Source: Vairimorpha necatrix
Lineage: Eukaryota
Length of the DNA: 64,000 nt
Assembly (NCBI GenBank): GCA_036630325.1
Contig: CP142728.1
Span: 744,001-808,000, forward strand
Direction of reading: 5' to 3'
The translations under genes were made by a program, and so were the position numbers. Below are positions 27,441 to 38,937 of the stretch, in pieces. Below the pieces are notes generated by a model. That model saw only the letters and a program-made list of their open reading frames with translations, was not told where the DNA came from and did not search any database. Every line of letters begins with the position of its first letter. Within the stretch, counting starts at the first letter, position 1.

Positions 27441-27620
27441 GGGTCAACGCCTGCACGGGATGCAAATCCTAGCGGTCAACGCCTGCACGGTGTTGCATTT
27501 ACTAGGGGTCAATGCTTGCACGGGATGAAAATCCTAAGGGTCAACTCCTGCACGGGGTTGCATTTACTAGGGGTCAATGCTTGCACAAGCTGGAAATCCT
27601 AGGGGGTCAACGCTCGCGCG
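27441..27620. repeat. Subterminal tandem array of five ~32-33-bp units plus the TIR
   Basis: GGGTCAA(C/T)GC(C/T)TGCAC core followed alternately by ..AAATCCTA and ..GCATTTACTA; the same core occurs at 25852-25880. Confidence 0.9.
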
Positions 27621-27638
27621 CCAAATTATAAAGGTTTC

Positions 27639-30600
27639 TGTGGTATTATCCACATCTCAAGAAAATCATTTTTTCTGATAAAAACTTTTTCTAGAAAAAA
27701 TGAATTTTCTAGAATTTTATTTTTTATAAATATTTATTTTTGAAAAGAAGGGCATGAGCTACGAGAAGAGGAGTCATAGGCAAAGCTATGACAGGTCAAA
27801 ACTTAACAAAGACCGATACAGGCCAGAAGAGCCTTTAATAAAAAATTATTTAGAAATGTATTTTAAACTGGGCAAAGTCCCCAGTAATAACGTCAAGTTG
27901 AATTCAACGAGGTTAAACATTAACAGTAACCCAGGAAACATTAAAGAAGATGGGTATACTGAATTCGAAAAGAATATTATTGATAACACTATTAAGTGTA
28001 AAGAAAAAATCTTAAAAATATATGATATAAAGACTCAGCTCACTCTTAAGCAGTTAGATAAATTTGAAGAATTGGGAAAGGCTAACAAATGGACAGATGA
28101 ACAAATGGCCATAATTTACTTATCATGTATCTACGATGAAAGAAAAGAAACTCTTACAAGTAATTCGTATTTAGTTCTTAGAAAAAGGATTTTAGATATA
28201 ATTTATCCGCCTGAGCGGAAGAGACAATGCATCAGGGATTTAGATGCTATAAATCAATCTAATTATACTACCATTAAAGATTATGAGGAGATTATAGGAG
28301 AAAGACTTTTAGCATATAGCTATTACAATAGTCTCACTAAGAAGAAGACCCAAAATAAAAAAGAAGAATTATTTTTAAAAGGATTGGGCGATTTTACGCA
28401 TTTGGAATTAACGCGTTTAAATATGATTAATCGACCCATAATTGAAATTTATGAATATCTAATTCAAGTTGAAAACGAATTAGTAATAAACATGAGTCAA
28501 AAGCCAGATCAAATGATTCGAAACTACAACTCAATAACTGGTAAATTGAATGAGAAGAAATGGTGTAGTTTTCATAAGAGTAACATTTCCCACGATACGA
28601 AACATTGCTACTTGCAAAAAAATAAAAATAATCAAAGACAAGAAAGTAATTATAAACCTGACAAAAATATGATTATTAAATTAAGAAAAAAAATAATTGA
28701 AGATGTTATAGTTGAAGGTACTATAAATAACCAAAAAGTAGATATTCTAGTAGACAGCGGATCAAAAAATAATTACATTAATAAAGAAGAAGTGAATCGA
28801 CTGAAATTACAAGTCGTCGAAGGCAAAAGGCTAAAAACAATCTTTGGAAACAATACAACCTTAGAATGCGATAAAAAGGTTAATGTAGAATTATTTTAAA
28901 AGATAGGGCCTTTAACACTAGCTTTTACGTATTAGAACAGGCTCCTGTTAACTTCATCCTGGGCAACGATTTCTTATACAATGTTAACGCGAAGGTTGAC
29001 TATCAAGCAGGAGTGGTAGAAATAGATAAAATATTATTGGAAATTCAAGGAATGGAGGAAGAAGCTGGAGAACGACTAGATAAATAATTAGAAAATAAGT
29101 CATGCATTGTTAGCGAAGATGAAAAGTTAAATAAATTTGTTGAACTCTACAAGCAAAATAACAAAAGGTTTAAATACTTGGAAGGAGAATTTGCATCCTT
29201 TAATATAAAAGAAAATATCCCTGTAATTAAAAGAAAGGCATACACTGTTCCCTTTCAATATATAAATAAGGCAAAGGAAGAAATTAAAAGACTTGTAAAA
29301 GAAGATATTATAGAGAAAAGTTTTTCAAATACAGTTAGTCCTGCATTCTTTATAGAAAAGAAGAATAAAGATCTTAGGCTGGTGGTAGATTACAGAGAAG
29401 TTAATAAAGCTATAGAAGATGACCCTTGGATACTACCAAATATTGATAATTGCTTAATTAACATGGGGGAAAATGAATATTTTTCACAATTAGACCTTAG
29501 TAATGGGTTTAATCAAATAAGAATTGATGAAAAAAGCAAAGAGATTACATCGTTTTTCCTATTAGGACAGCAGTGGCAGTATAACAGAATTTCATTTGGA
29601 ATCAAGCCCGGTCCCAAACTATTTCAAAGGTATATATAAAACATTTTAGGTAATATAGATAATGTATTTGTTTTTATCGATGACATAATCATATATAATT
29701 TGACGAAGTCTGATCATATTGAAACCGTACATATGGTGTTAAAGAGATTATATGATAAAGGAATACAAATCAACTTTGAAAAATCAAAAATTTTCCAGAA
29801 AGAAATAGAACTATAGGATATAGAGTTAACAATAAAGGCATTTTCCCTAAGACGAGTTATTTAGAAAACTCGATTTTTAATAAAGAAATAAAAACAAAGC
29901 GAGATTTGCAGAAATTACTTGGAGTATTAAATTGGTACAGGAGATTTATACCAGACATGTCTAGAAAAATTAGCAGCATTACAAACATGTTGTCAAATAA
30001 AAATAAAGCGATAAAAATTAATTCAAATATGAAGAATGAAATAAATAAGATTAAAATGTGGATTAAAGAAAAACATCATCTAAGTTTTCCAGACTACTCA
30101 AAAAGGTTTATGCTAGAAAGCGATGCTAGCGATATAGGGATGGGAAGTGTACTTACACAAGAAGGAAAGGTAATCAGATACTTTAGTAAGAAATTTTCAG
30201 GTTCAGAATTAAATTACACAATCGTAGAAAAGGAGTTCTTAGCAATCATACTATCATTACTTGAATTTAAAAATATCATACAAGGTTCTCATGTGGAAGT
30301 ATTAACGGACAGTAAAAATTGTATCTATGAAAATAAAGCCTCAAGTTCAAGGATTAGCAGGTGGAAGTTGCTGTTAAACGAATTCTGTCATACAATCAAA
30401 CATGTAAATGGAAAGGAGAACTGTTTGGCAGATCAACTATCTAGAAATCAAGCGTCACTTTTACATCAAAATGAAGAAAACGCAGTCAATACAACAAACA
30501 TTATAAAAGAATGTTGTCTCTATAAAAAAAATGGATCATTTTTAACAGATCAAAACAACAGGATCATTATAAAAAAGAAAAAGGTAGAGAGGTTTTTAGA

Positions 30601-31754
30601 ATTTATGCACAAGTATAGTGAACATAGAGGAAGTAGCACGCTATATTACAACCTAAAGAATTATTATTATATAAGTGGGTTGTTTAAAAGAATAATAAAT
30701 ATAACAAAGAAATGTAACACATGTGGTGTGTTCAAAGGTAATAACTATTTAAGATATGAAAAAAGTAAAATGATAGCGACGGAAAAATTTGAGAAGATTA
30801 GTACGGATATATATGGACCGTTTAATTTAGATAATTTCATAACTTCTGGTAGAAAAGAGGTAGGATATATCCTAACAATTACGGATATATATTCGAGGTT
30901 TACTCGATTATATTTTTTATACACAGTAAAATCAGAGTCAGTAATTCAAGCTCTAGAAAATTGGATAGAAACGTACGGCAAGCCAAAAACTTTAATATCA
31001 GACAATGGGCGCCAATACATAAGCAAGCAAACTAGAGAATTCTTAGCTGAACAACAGATTACACATACCTTAATACCTACATATACCCCTAGTTCTAATG
31101 GTATATCAGAAGCTATCAACAAGACAATTACATTTGTGTTGAGTATAAATAAAGGTAAAGAAATTAGACTCGCTCTTGCAAACGCAGAAAATGCGATAAA
31201 CCGAAATTATAATAGGAATATAGGCAAATCACCATTCTCCATCATAAACGAATATGATGAATACGATCCTATGCGAAGACCAATATCATATAAATATCCT
31301 TATAGTGCGACCACTTTACAGTTAGCTAAAGTGGGAGAATTCTGCCGAGAACGCTTATTTAATCCTGATAAGCTTGGATATAAATTTACAAAATTACGAA
31401 GAATCGAAGCGGTTAGTAAGAAAGGATATTGGGTCAGGGTAAAGGGGAATATAGGTTGGAGCCACATCAAAAATCTAAAGTTCTAGGAGAGGCAGACTGT
31501 GGTATTATCCACATATCAAGAAAATCATTTTTTCTGATAAAAACTTTTTCTAGAAAAAATGAATTTTCTAGAATTTTATTTTTTATAAATATTTATTTTT
31601 GAAAAGAAGGGCATGAGCTACGAGAAGAGGAGTCATAAGCAAAGCTATGACAGGTCAAAACTTAACAAAGACCGATACAGGCCAGGTGAGCCTTTAATAA
31701 AAAATTATTTAGAAATGTATTTTAAACTGGGCAAAGTCCCCAGTAATAACGTCA
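27639..31754 (+). mobile_element. Full-length Ty3/gypsy LTR retrotransposon (palindromic-PBS type)
   Basis: 257-bp LTRs (27639-27895 and 31498-31754, TG..CA, 4 mismatches by eye), exact TSD GTTTC, purine-rich tract AGGAGAGGCAGAC before the 3' LTR. Confidence 0.97.
27754..31486 (+). CDS. Gag-Pol polyprotein, broken by three frameshifts (about 28897, 29638, 29820)
   Basis: WCSFHKSNISHDTKHC, LVDSGS protease, LRLVVDYR and FIDD RT, ESDAS RNase H, and integrase TDIYGP / ISDNG / NGISE. Confidence 0.9.
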
Positions 31755-32012
31755 GTTTCTTTTTGTCATTTTAGGGCATTTTTAAAAAAATAAAAATCAT
31801 AAATTTTTGCTTTTCTCTGTTTTGCGCCCCATTATTTTAAGGGGGGGGGGGGCAGCAAAACAGAGAAGCTCCTATTATTGTATATCTCTATTCCTCTGTT
31901 AACCCTTTCAGTAGGTAAATTTCCCTTTTTTTTATAAATTAAGTCTTGTAAAGTACGATTAAACCTTTCTTCACACCCATTTGGCTGGTGATGGAAAGGT
32001 GTGGTATAATGT

Positions 32013-35000
32013 TGTTGGGATAAAAACATGGGTTTATTTATTATAAAATATTTAAAGAAACACGGTGTCAAATATATCAAAACAAGTACACTATATATTT
32101 GACACGTGTAGCACTTCCTACACTACCCCTCCTTTAAAAGTTTAACATGATTTCGACACGCCGTAACTATTTTCCCACTGTCCAATAAAACTTTAAATGA
32201 ATGAAATTTTTGTTCTACAACTACTCCTTTTTCTTCCCATTTAGGTTCTAGTTTTCCTCTTATAGGGAGAATTAAATAGTACCAGACTCTATCTCCTACC
32301 TTTATGGTGTCCTTACTATCAGCATTCTCTTTCCCACTCGTGTTATATTCACGTCTGTAGGCTTCTAAATTTTTAATGGCCTGTTCCTGATACTCTTCCT
32401 TTTCTTTTGAGGTCTTAATCCCTTCCTGTAGGTCCATATTATTAAGTGTCATTCCTGTGATAAGTTCTACTGGAGCGCAGCCTATAGCCCTATGGTACGA
32501 CTGCATATAAGCCTTGACCAATTTGGGAACGCATCTCGCCCAATCAAATTTCCCAAATTCAGTAATTTTCCTTAACTTAGAACCTATTGTTCTATTAAAT
32601 CTCTCCACAAGCCCCGTGGTCGTAGGTTTATAGGGGGAACCATATTTCCAGATAAAGTTCTTAACCTTTGCATATTCATCACAAATTTTATTTTTGAACT
32701 CTTTGCCATTATCAGTTAGAATGGCCTTCGGTACACCATGTTTCCCGACTATATGTTTATCAATCAAATGAACAACCGTATTCATATCCTTTGTATAAAT
32801 TGGCACAACTTCTGCAATTTTTGAGAAATGGTCAATCATTATCACTAAATACTTATATCCTTGCTCACTCTCCTTCAGAGGGCCTACCATGTCCAATTCC
32901 CAGATCTCTCCTAATTTATTAGCCACCACCGGTATAATATCCTTAATTTTTTCTGTGGTTTTTCCTTTTGACAAACTTCACAATTTTCAATATAGTCTTC
33001 TATGTCTCTATTCATATGCTTCCATGAGTATTTTTGTCCGATATTATACTTCATGTTCTGTTTTGATCCATGACCTAATAAATCATGATAAAACCTCAGT
33101 AATGCCAATGTTCTCTCTTTTTTAATAATTTTCTTTTGTACTAAATTTATTTGATGCACCTTTTCTTCTTCCCTTTTAAATTCTCTGCTTAGGTGATCTG
33201 TATGATTCGAAGGTCCTGTTATATATTCAATATCAAAGTCATATTCTTGTAAAATCAACGACCATCTAGCCAACCTGGCTTTAACATTTCTAGACTTGAA
33301 CAGTTATTTCAGAGCTTGATGATCAGTTTTTAATGTGAACTTGCCCAATAATAAATATTCTCTGAAATGTTGGATGGATTTTATAACCGCCAATAGTTCT
33401 TGTTCCGTCGCGGAGTAATTCTTTTCTGTCTTCGAGTGTAAGGAGCTGTAATAAGAAACAATCTTTTCTTTTCCTCCAATTATTTGTGCCAATGTGGCAC
33501 CACATCCCTCGTTTGATGCATCTGTAGTCAAAATGAACTTATCCTTCAAATTTGGGATAGTCAACAAGGCCGTTCTCTTCATGGCCTGTTTTACCTCTTC
33601 AATATCCTTACGATATTTAGCATTTTGTTCCACATTTTATCAAAAACAATCTGCTTCCTCATCCTTGAGCCTGATTATGTCAAATAGTGGGCTAACCACC
33701 CTGTGGCTGTTTTTTATGAATTTAGCACATTAATTATACAGTCCCAACAAAGATTGTAATTTCTTCTTACTTTTAGGAATGGGTAACTGTTGAATGCTCC
33801 TAACTCTTTCTTCGTCTACACCTATTCCCTCTTTTGATATTACATGACCTAAAATTTTTAATTCAGTCTTATTAAATTCGTATTTATCCTTATTAAGTTT
33901 AAGCCCTACCGACTTGAGCTTTTCTAATACCATTTGAACATCTCTCTTATGATCTTCTCTAGTTTTACTATATATGAGTATATCATCCATGTATACTACA
34001 ACAAACTTAAATAAAAATTCCCTTAATATGTTATTCATCCCCCGCTGAAATGTAGCTGGGCCATTAACAAGTCCAAATGGCATTTTCGTAAATTCAAATA
34101 AGCCTTCTCTACAGGCGAAAGCTGTCTTCTCAATATCACATGGCGCCATATCTATTTGGTGATAGCCCGATTCAGCATCTAATTTAGTGAAGTAAGTTGC
34201 ACCCTCTAAAGCATTGATAAACTCTTCTACGGGGGGCATTGGATAAGCGTCTCTGATGGTCGCATCATTTAATCTTCTATAATCCACGTATAACCTATGA
34301 TCTCCATTCTTTTTTGGGACTATAATTATCGGACTTCGCCATGCGCTTACACTGGGTCTAACTATTCCAAGTTTTAGATTTATCTTATACTTATCAAGTA
34401 ACCCTTGTCCTATTATGCAGGGAATTGTGATATCCCTAGTAATAATGAATCTATCTTCAAAAATCATCCCTTCAATTTTAATATTGATTACTGTTTCCCC
34501 AATGATCTTTATTTTCGATCCATTGGCTGCTCTAAGCTGTTGTTTCGAACGATTAACAACGGTTTTCTTTGGCAAAAGCTCTGGCCTAATTAAATTTATA
34601 TCGGCTCCTGTATCGATGAGCACTTTAAAATTGACTTCTGCATCATTTAGTGACGCTTTCTTTAGCGTAGTCCTATTATCCTTTAATTTGGTAACGGAGT
34701 AATTGTAAATAAATAACTTTGAATCTGTCTTCTTGGTTTCTCCTTCTTCTTTCTCTTGACCTTTCTTAGCTTCTCTTTCATCTCTACGGAAGCTATTGAA
34801 TTTACACTTTGACACAATATGGCCTTTCTTTCCGCAAATAAAACACTCATTTTTAAGTCCTCTCGGGAGTCAAATTCTTTTTATCGTGATCCCTGAAGCT
34901 AGTCGCCTTGACATTCATATAACCTCCATGCAAAAATTCTGTATAACGTACCTCATCCATTGCGGTAACATTCCTTAAGGCCTTATATATGCACTCCCAA

Positions 35001-35544
35001 GATAATGAGTTCTTCTTGTTTATTAAAACCGCGTTTGCTAAATAATCTGGAATTCCTTTCAGTACAAAGGCAATCAATATGCCTTCTGGAACATTCCCTT
35101 TACGCGCCAATCCCGCCATCTTATCTAGATAGTTGGCGAGAGATCCACCATGATATTGAAGGGCGGAAAGTTTATCTATACTCACTTTCATCGCCATGGA
35201 CCCACAAATCTTTCTTGGAACAAGGCTTTCAGTCTTTCAAGTGAAAGACCAATTGGCTGCGCTATTAGCCAATCCCTCGCCTCATCCTTTAACGACATTC
35301 TAAAAAGGAGTGCAAGTTTACTCTCACTGTACTCCATCAGCCTCCCCACATCCTGCAAGTCCTCCAAGAACTGCTGTGGATCATCTTTCTCTTCATTTCT
35401 GAAAATGAGAAAGTTCCTGACGTTGTCGCCAAATTGTTGGGATAAAAACATGGGTTTATTTATTATAAAATATTTAAAGAAACACGGTGTCAAATATATC
35501 AAAACAAGTACACTATATATTTGACACGTGTAGCACTTCCTATA
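32013..35544 (-). mobile_element. Ty3/gypsy LTR retrotransposon with tRNA-Ser-like PBS
   Basis: 110-bp LTRs (32013-32122 and 35435-35544, 1 mismatch), TSD AATGT, PBS TGGCGACAACGTCAGG, PPT AAAGGAGGGG. Motifs CFICGKKGHIVSKC, IDTGA, YMDD, TTDAS and LTDNG. Several frameshifts. Confidence 0.96.
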
Positions 35545-37717
35545 AATGTAATTCTTTTTTAAATGCTTGACAATACATTCAACCTTACTACTGAGATTTT
35601 ATTTCGATTGATCCTGGATCAATGTCTTCAATGGCATAAAAGAACTTATTTCTTTTAAAAATTTAACTATATTTTCATCTTTTCTCTTATTTATCATTTA
35701 AGCAAATCCTTTTCTCGTAAAATAATCAATCCCAGTTATAATGTATTGTGTGTTTATTGGACCTATTATATCTATAGCAATTTTTTCTCCCTTTGCATAC
35801 GAGGTAACAAATATGTGTTGTTTAGATTTTTTAGAATTGTACTCGTTGCATGTTTCACACGAATCTATAATTTTTTTAATCAATTTCTGTAAATTTTTAA
35901 ATAAAACTTCTCTTATACATCTCATATATTACTGAATGTATCCTATAGTGAAGTAACTCATTATGAATTTCTCGGATCGTCTAAAGCATTTTTTCTTTGT
36001 CTATTTCTTCACATTGATTTATCGATCCTTTGTGTAAATTGAATCTCTTGTCGTTTGTTGCCAACCCAGAATTTCGACTCAGGCAATCCACGTGAGGAAT
36101 TTCTTTACCTCGTCTATATGTAATTCCACAATTAAACTATGACATTGTATCTAGCCATTTTTGTATTCCTAGATACTTGATCTCTCCCCTAATTAAAGCT
36201 TCTAACGATTTATGATCTGTGATAATTTCAAAATGTGTACTGTATAAAAAATATCAAAAGTGTAACATTGCCCATAATAAGGCTAGACATTCCTTTTCGC
36301 TAATACTATATTTAATCTCATTATCTAAAAGACTTCTCGATGCAAATGAATTGGTTTTTCATCTTTATCAAAGTTTTGCGAGAGTAATGCAGCTATAACT
36401 CAATAAAAGCGTCGGTCTCAAGTTTGCATTCTTATGACCAATCTGGCTGAAATAGTCCGACTGTATTAATAAAAATCCTTTTAACTTCTTTAAAAGCGTT
36501 CTCTTCTATATTCGTCCATTTAAACTCTTTCCTATTTTTCAATAATTCATGCAAAGGACCACATACTATTGAACAGTTCTTAATGAATTTTCTATGATAA
36601 TTTATTGCACCTAAAAAATCTTAAACCTGTTTTTTGTCCTTTAATGGTTATAAATCCTTAACAGCTTGCATCTTATTTATGTGCGGAATAATGATATTGT
36701 GTTTAATTTTGTATCCAAGGAATATAACTTCAGATTGCTTAAATACACACTTTTCCTCATTGATTTTGAGGCCATTTTCGTGTAAAACTTTTCGAATTCT
36801 ATCATATGATTCGTCATGCTCTTTTACTGCTTTTCCAAACATTAAAATATCATCTACGTAACAGAAACAACTTTTACCAATTTCATCTCTTAAAACTTTA
36901 TTCATTTTCGTTTTAATATCGCCGGAGCATTCTTAAACCCCATTGGTATTACTTCCCACTCATATAATTTATGTTTATATCATAATACCGGTTTATATCT
37001 ATCTTTTGGTGACAAAAGAATTTGAAAAAATCCGTCCTTCATATCCAATTTAAAAAATACTGCCATGTCTTTAAATTACAATGGATTTCATCTATTCTTG
37101 GCAAAGAATAATTATCATGTTCTACCAATTTATTAAGTGCTATTAAATTGGTTGTAACCCTTAAAGTGCCGCAAGGCTTTACCACGGGTCTCAAAATACT
37201 AACCCACGTTGATTTTATGTTTTTTATATATCCCTTATGTAATAATTTATTCATTGCAATTTCAATTCCTACTTCCGATTTTTTTTTCCGGTAAATTATA
37301 TATCTTCTTGATCACTTTTGAACCTTCAGGTGTTTTGATTTCACATGTATAACACAGTTTCTCAACATTATTAAGTCTAATTAATGTTTCTCTTCCTGTT
37401 GTAGACTGTATTTCTACAACATTTATTTTATTTCACTCCCTGTCAAATCTATCATTGAATTTTCTAGAATTTTATTTGCTATAAATAAAATTCTAGAAAG
37501 GAAGGGTACAGTAAGATGATGGAGAGACGAACACAAGGAGTGTTTGGACATAGCGATAAAAGAGCTATCAGAGAGTCCAAAGGGACATTTGAAATCAAAA
37601 GTAAATACATTAATTCTATTTTAGAGTGGTACTTTATCGCCGGGAGAGCTTCCCCGGGATACCACACTTCCAAACAGGATTTTTTCAGTTCGTACTTTTG
37701 GCAATATATAAAACTTC

Positions 37718-38937
37718 GGCGCTACTTCATTTTCTTGCCCCCCCCCCAGAAAAAAAAATTATTTAGAAGAAATTTTATTTATTCCAACCTACAAAGTTTT
37801 AAAATTTTTATATAAGCACACCTATGATCATCATTATTGAAATGATTGATATTTTTTTTTCCCCAAGCGAATTCTTTTAGAAAAAAATTTATCCTATGCC
37901 TTTAAAGCCTCATTCTTGATCTATATTCATTCTTCAAATGGGACCACAAATTTTCTATATTATTTGTGTGGTCTCCTTCTGCATTTATAAACCCAAGCGA
38001 ATGATTTACTTTGTAATGTTCACTCCCAAAATTTCTAGAGGCTGGAGGGCATAAAGGGTATCCATCAGAAATTATAATAGAGCCACGTTTTACTCTGTGT
38101 CTAAAAAACTCTTCAATAGTACCAGATTGTCGATTCGGTAGCAATTCAAGAACAACTTCTCTACAGTTACCTTCTACTATGCCGCCTATAATCCATTGAA
38201 TTCCAGACATGGAATTCAAAGTTGAAGAAGGATTAGATACAATTACCCCGTTGCATATGGCGGTTTCATCAAATTGTACACAAACAGAAGTTCCTCATAT
38301 TTGGTAGCTATCATCGCTTTTAGAAGCAATGACTTCCATCACTGTATCCTTGATTTTAATATATGAATATTCACATATTTTGCAAAGATCTATTACTTGA
38401 TAAGTAGTATAATTTAATACCCAGCCATAGAATGTTCTAAGAATTTTGTGAAATTGAACGCTTATCCCTTTAAACATCGTACCATTTTTAAGTGAGCTCT
38501 TCGAACTACACTTTTTATTAACACAACGATAAGCTTTACCGTCAATTTAGCCGGAACATCCATTAATGTTCATAAGAACAGTTCGTTCTGATGTCGAACA
38601 ATGTCTGCAAGCAATCGATCTTTTTAGAAGACCATTATCTAAAAAAATCAATTGCTGCTTCATTGTGCCTAAAGCACGCATCTTCGCAGATATTTAGCTC
38701 CCGAATAGCTTCCTTTAAATTTCTTATTAAGGATTAAAAAATTAAAATTTTTTAACCCCTTAATGAGGAATCTGAAGGAGGCATTTAAAAATTCTCAAAT
38801 CGACAAAAAATACCTTAACTTCATTTTCTTGCCCCCCTCAAAAAAAAAAAATGTTTAGATTTGAAAAATAACACGTTTTTGTATCTTTTTATGTATGTTT
38901 TTTTTTAGGGGGGGGGGCAAGAAAATGAAGTAGCGCC
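37718..38937 (-). mobile_element. Merlin transposon with disrupted transposase
   Basis: TIR GGCGCTACTTCATTTTCTTGCCCCCCC, exact 8-bp TSD AAAACTTC, motifs QFDET, GSIIISDGYP, VNHS and HTNNIENLW. Confidence 0.96.

Larger units (their letters stand above)
25838..27625 (-). mobile_element. Ginger2-like DNA transposon (retroviral-type integrase as transposase)
   Basis: TIR TGTGGCGCGCGAGCGTTGACCCC (right end AAA instead of ACA) and 4-bp TSD TTAT. One frameshifted gene at 27236-25935 with an HH-CC finger, IDLID, QSDNGKEF and NGQIERFN. No gag, RT or LTR. Confidence 0.9.

Noticed and set aside
27441-27620. CRISPR-like array
   Set aside because: The intervening segments are short and alternate between two variants rather than being unique spacers; the core is part of the transposon TIR; no cas genes; eukaryotic context.
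31832-32080. 82-aa ORF and its twin N-terminus at 35188-35502
   Set aside because: The shared N-terminus is LTR sequence opened at a non-ATG start; here it is fused by insertion to an older integrase fragment.
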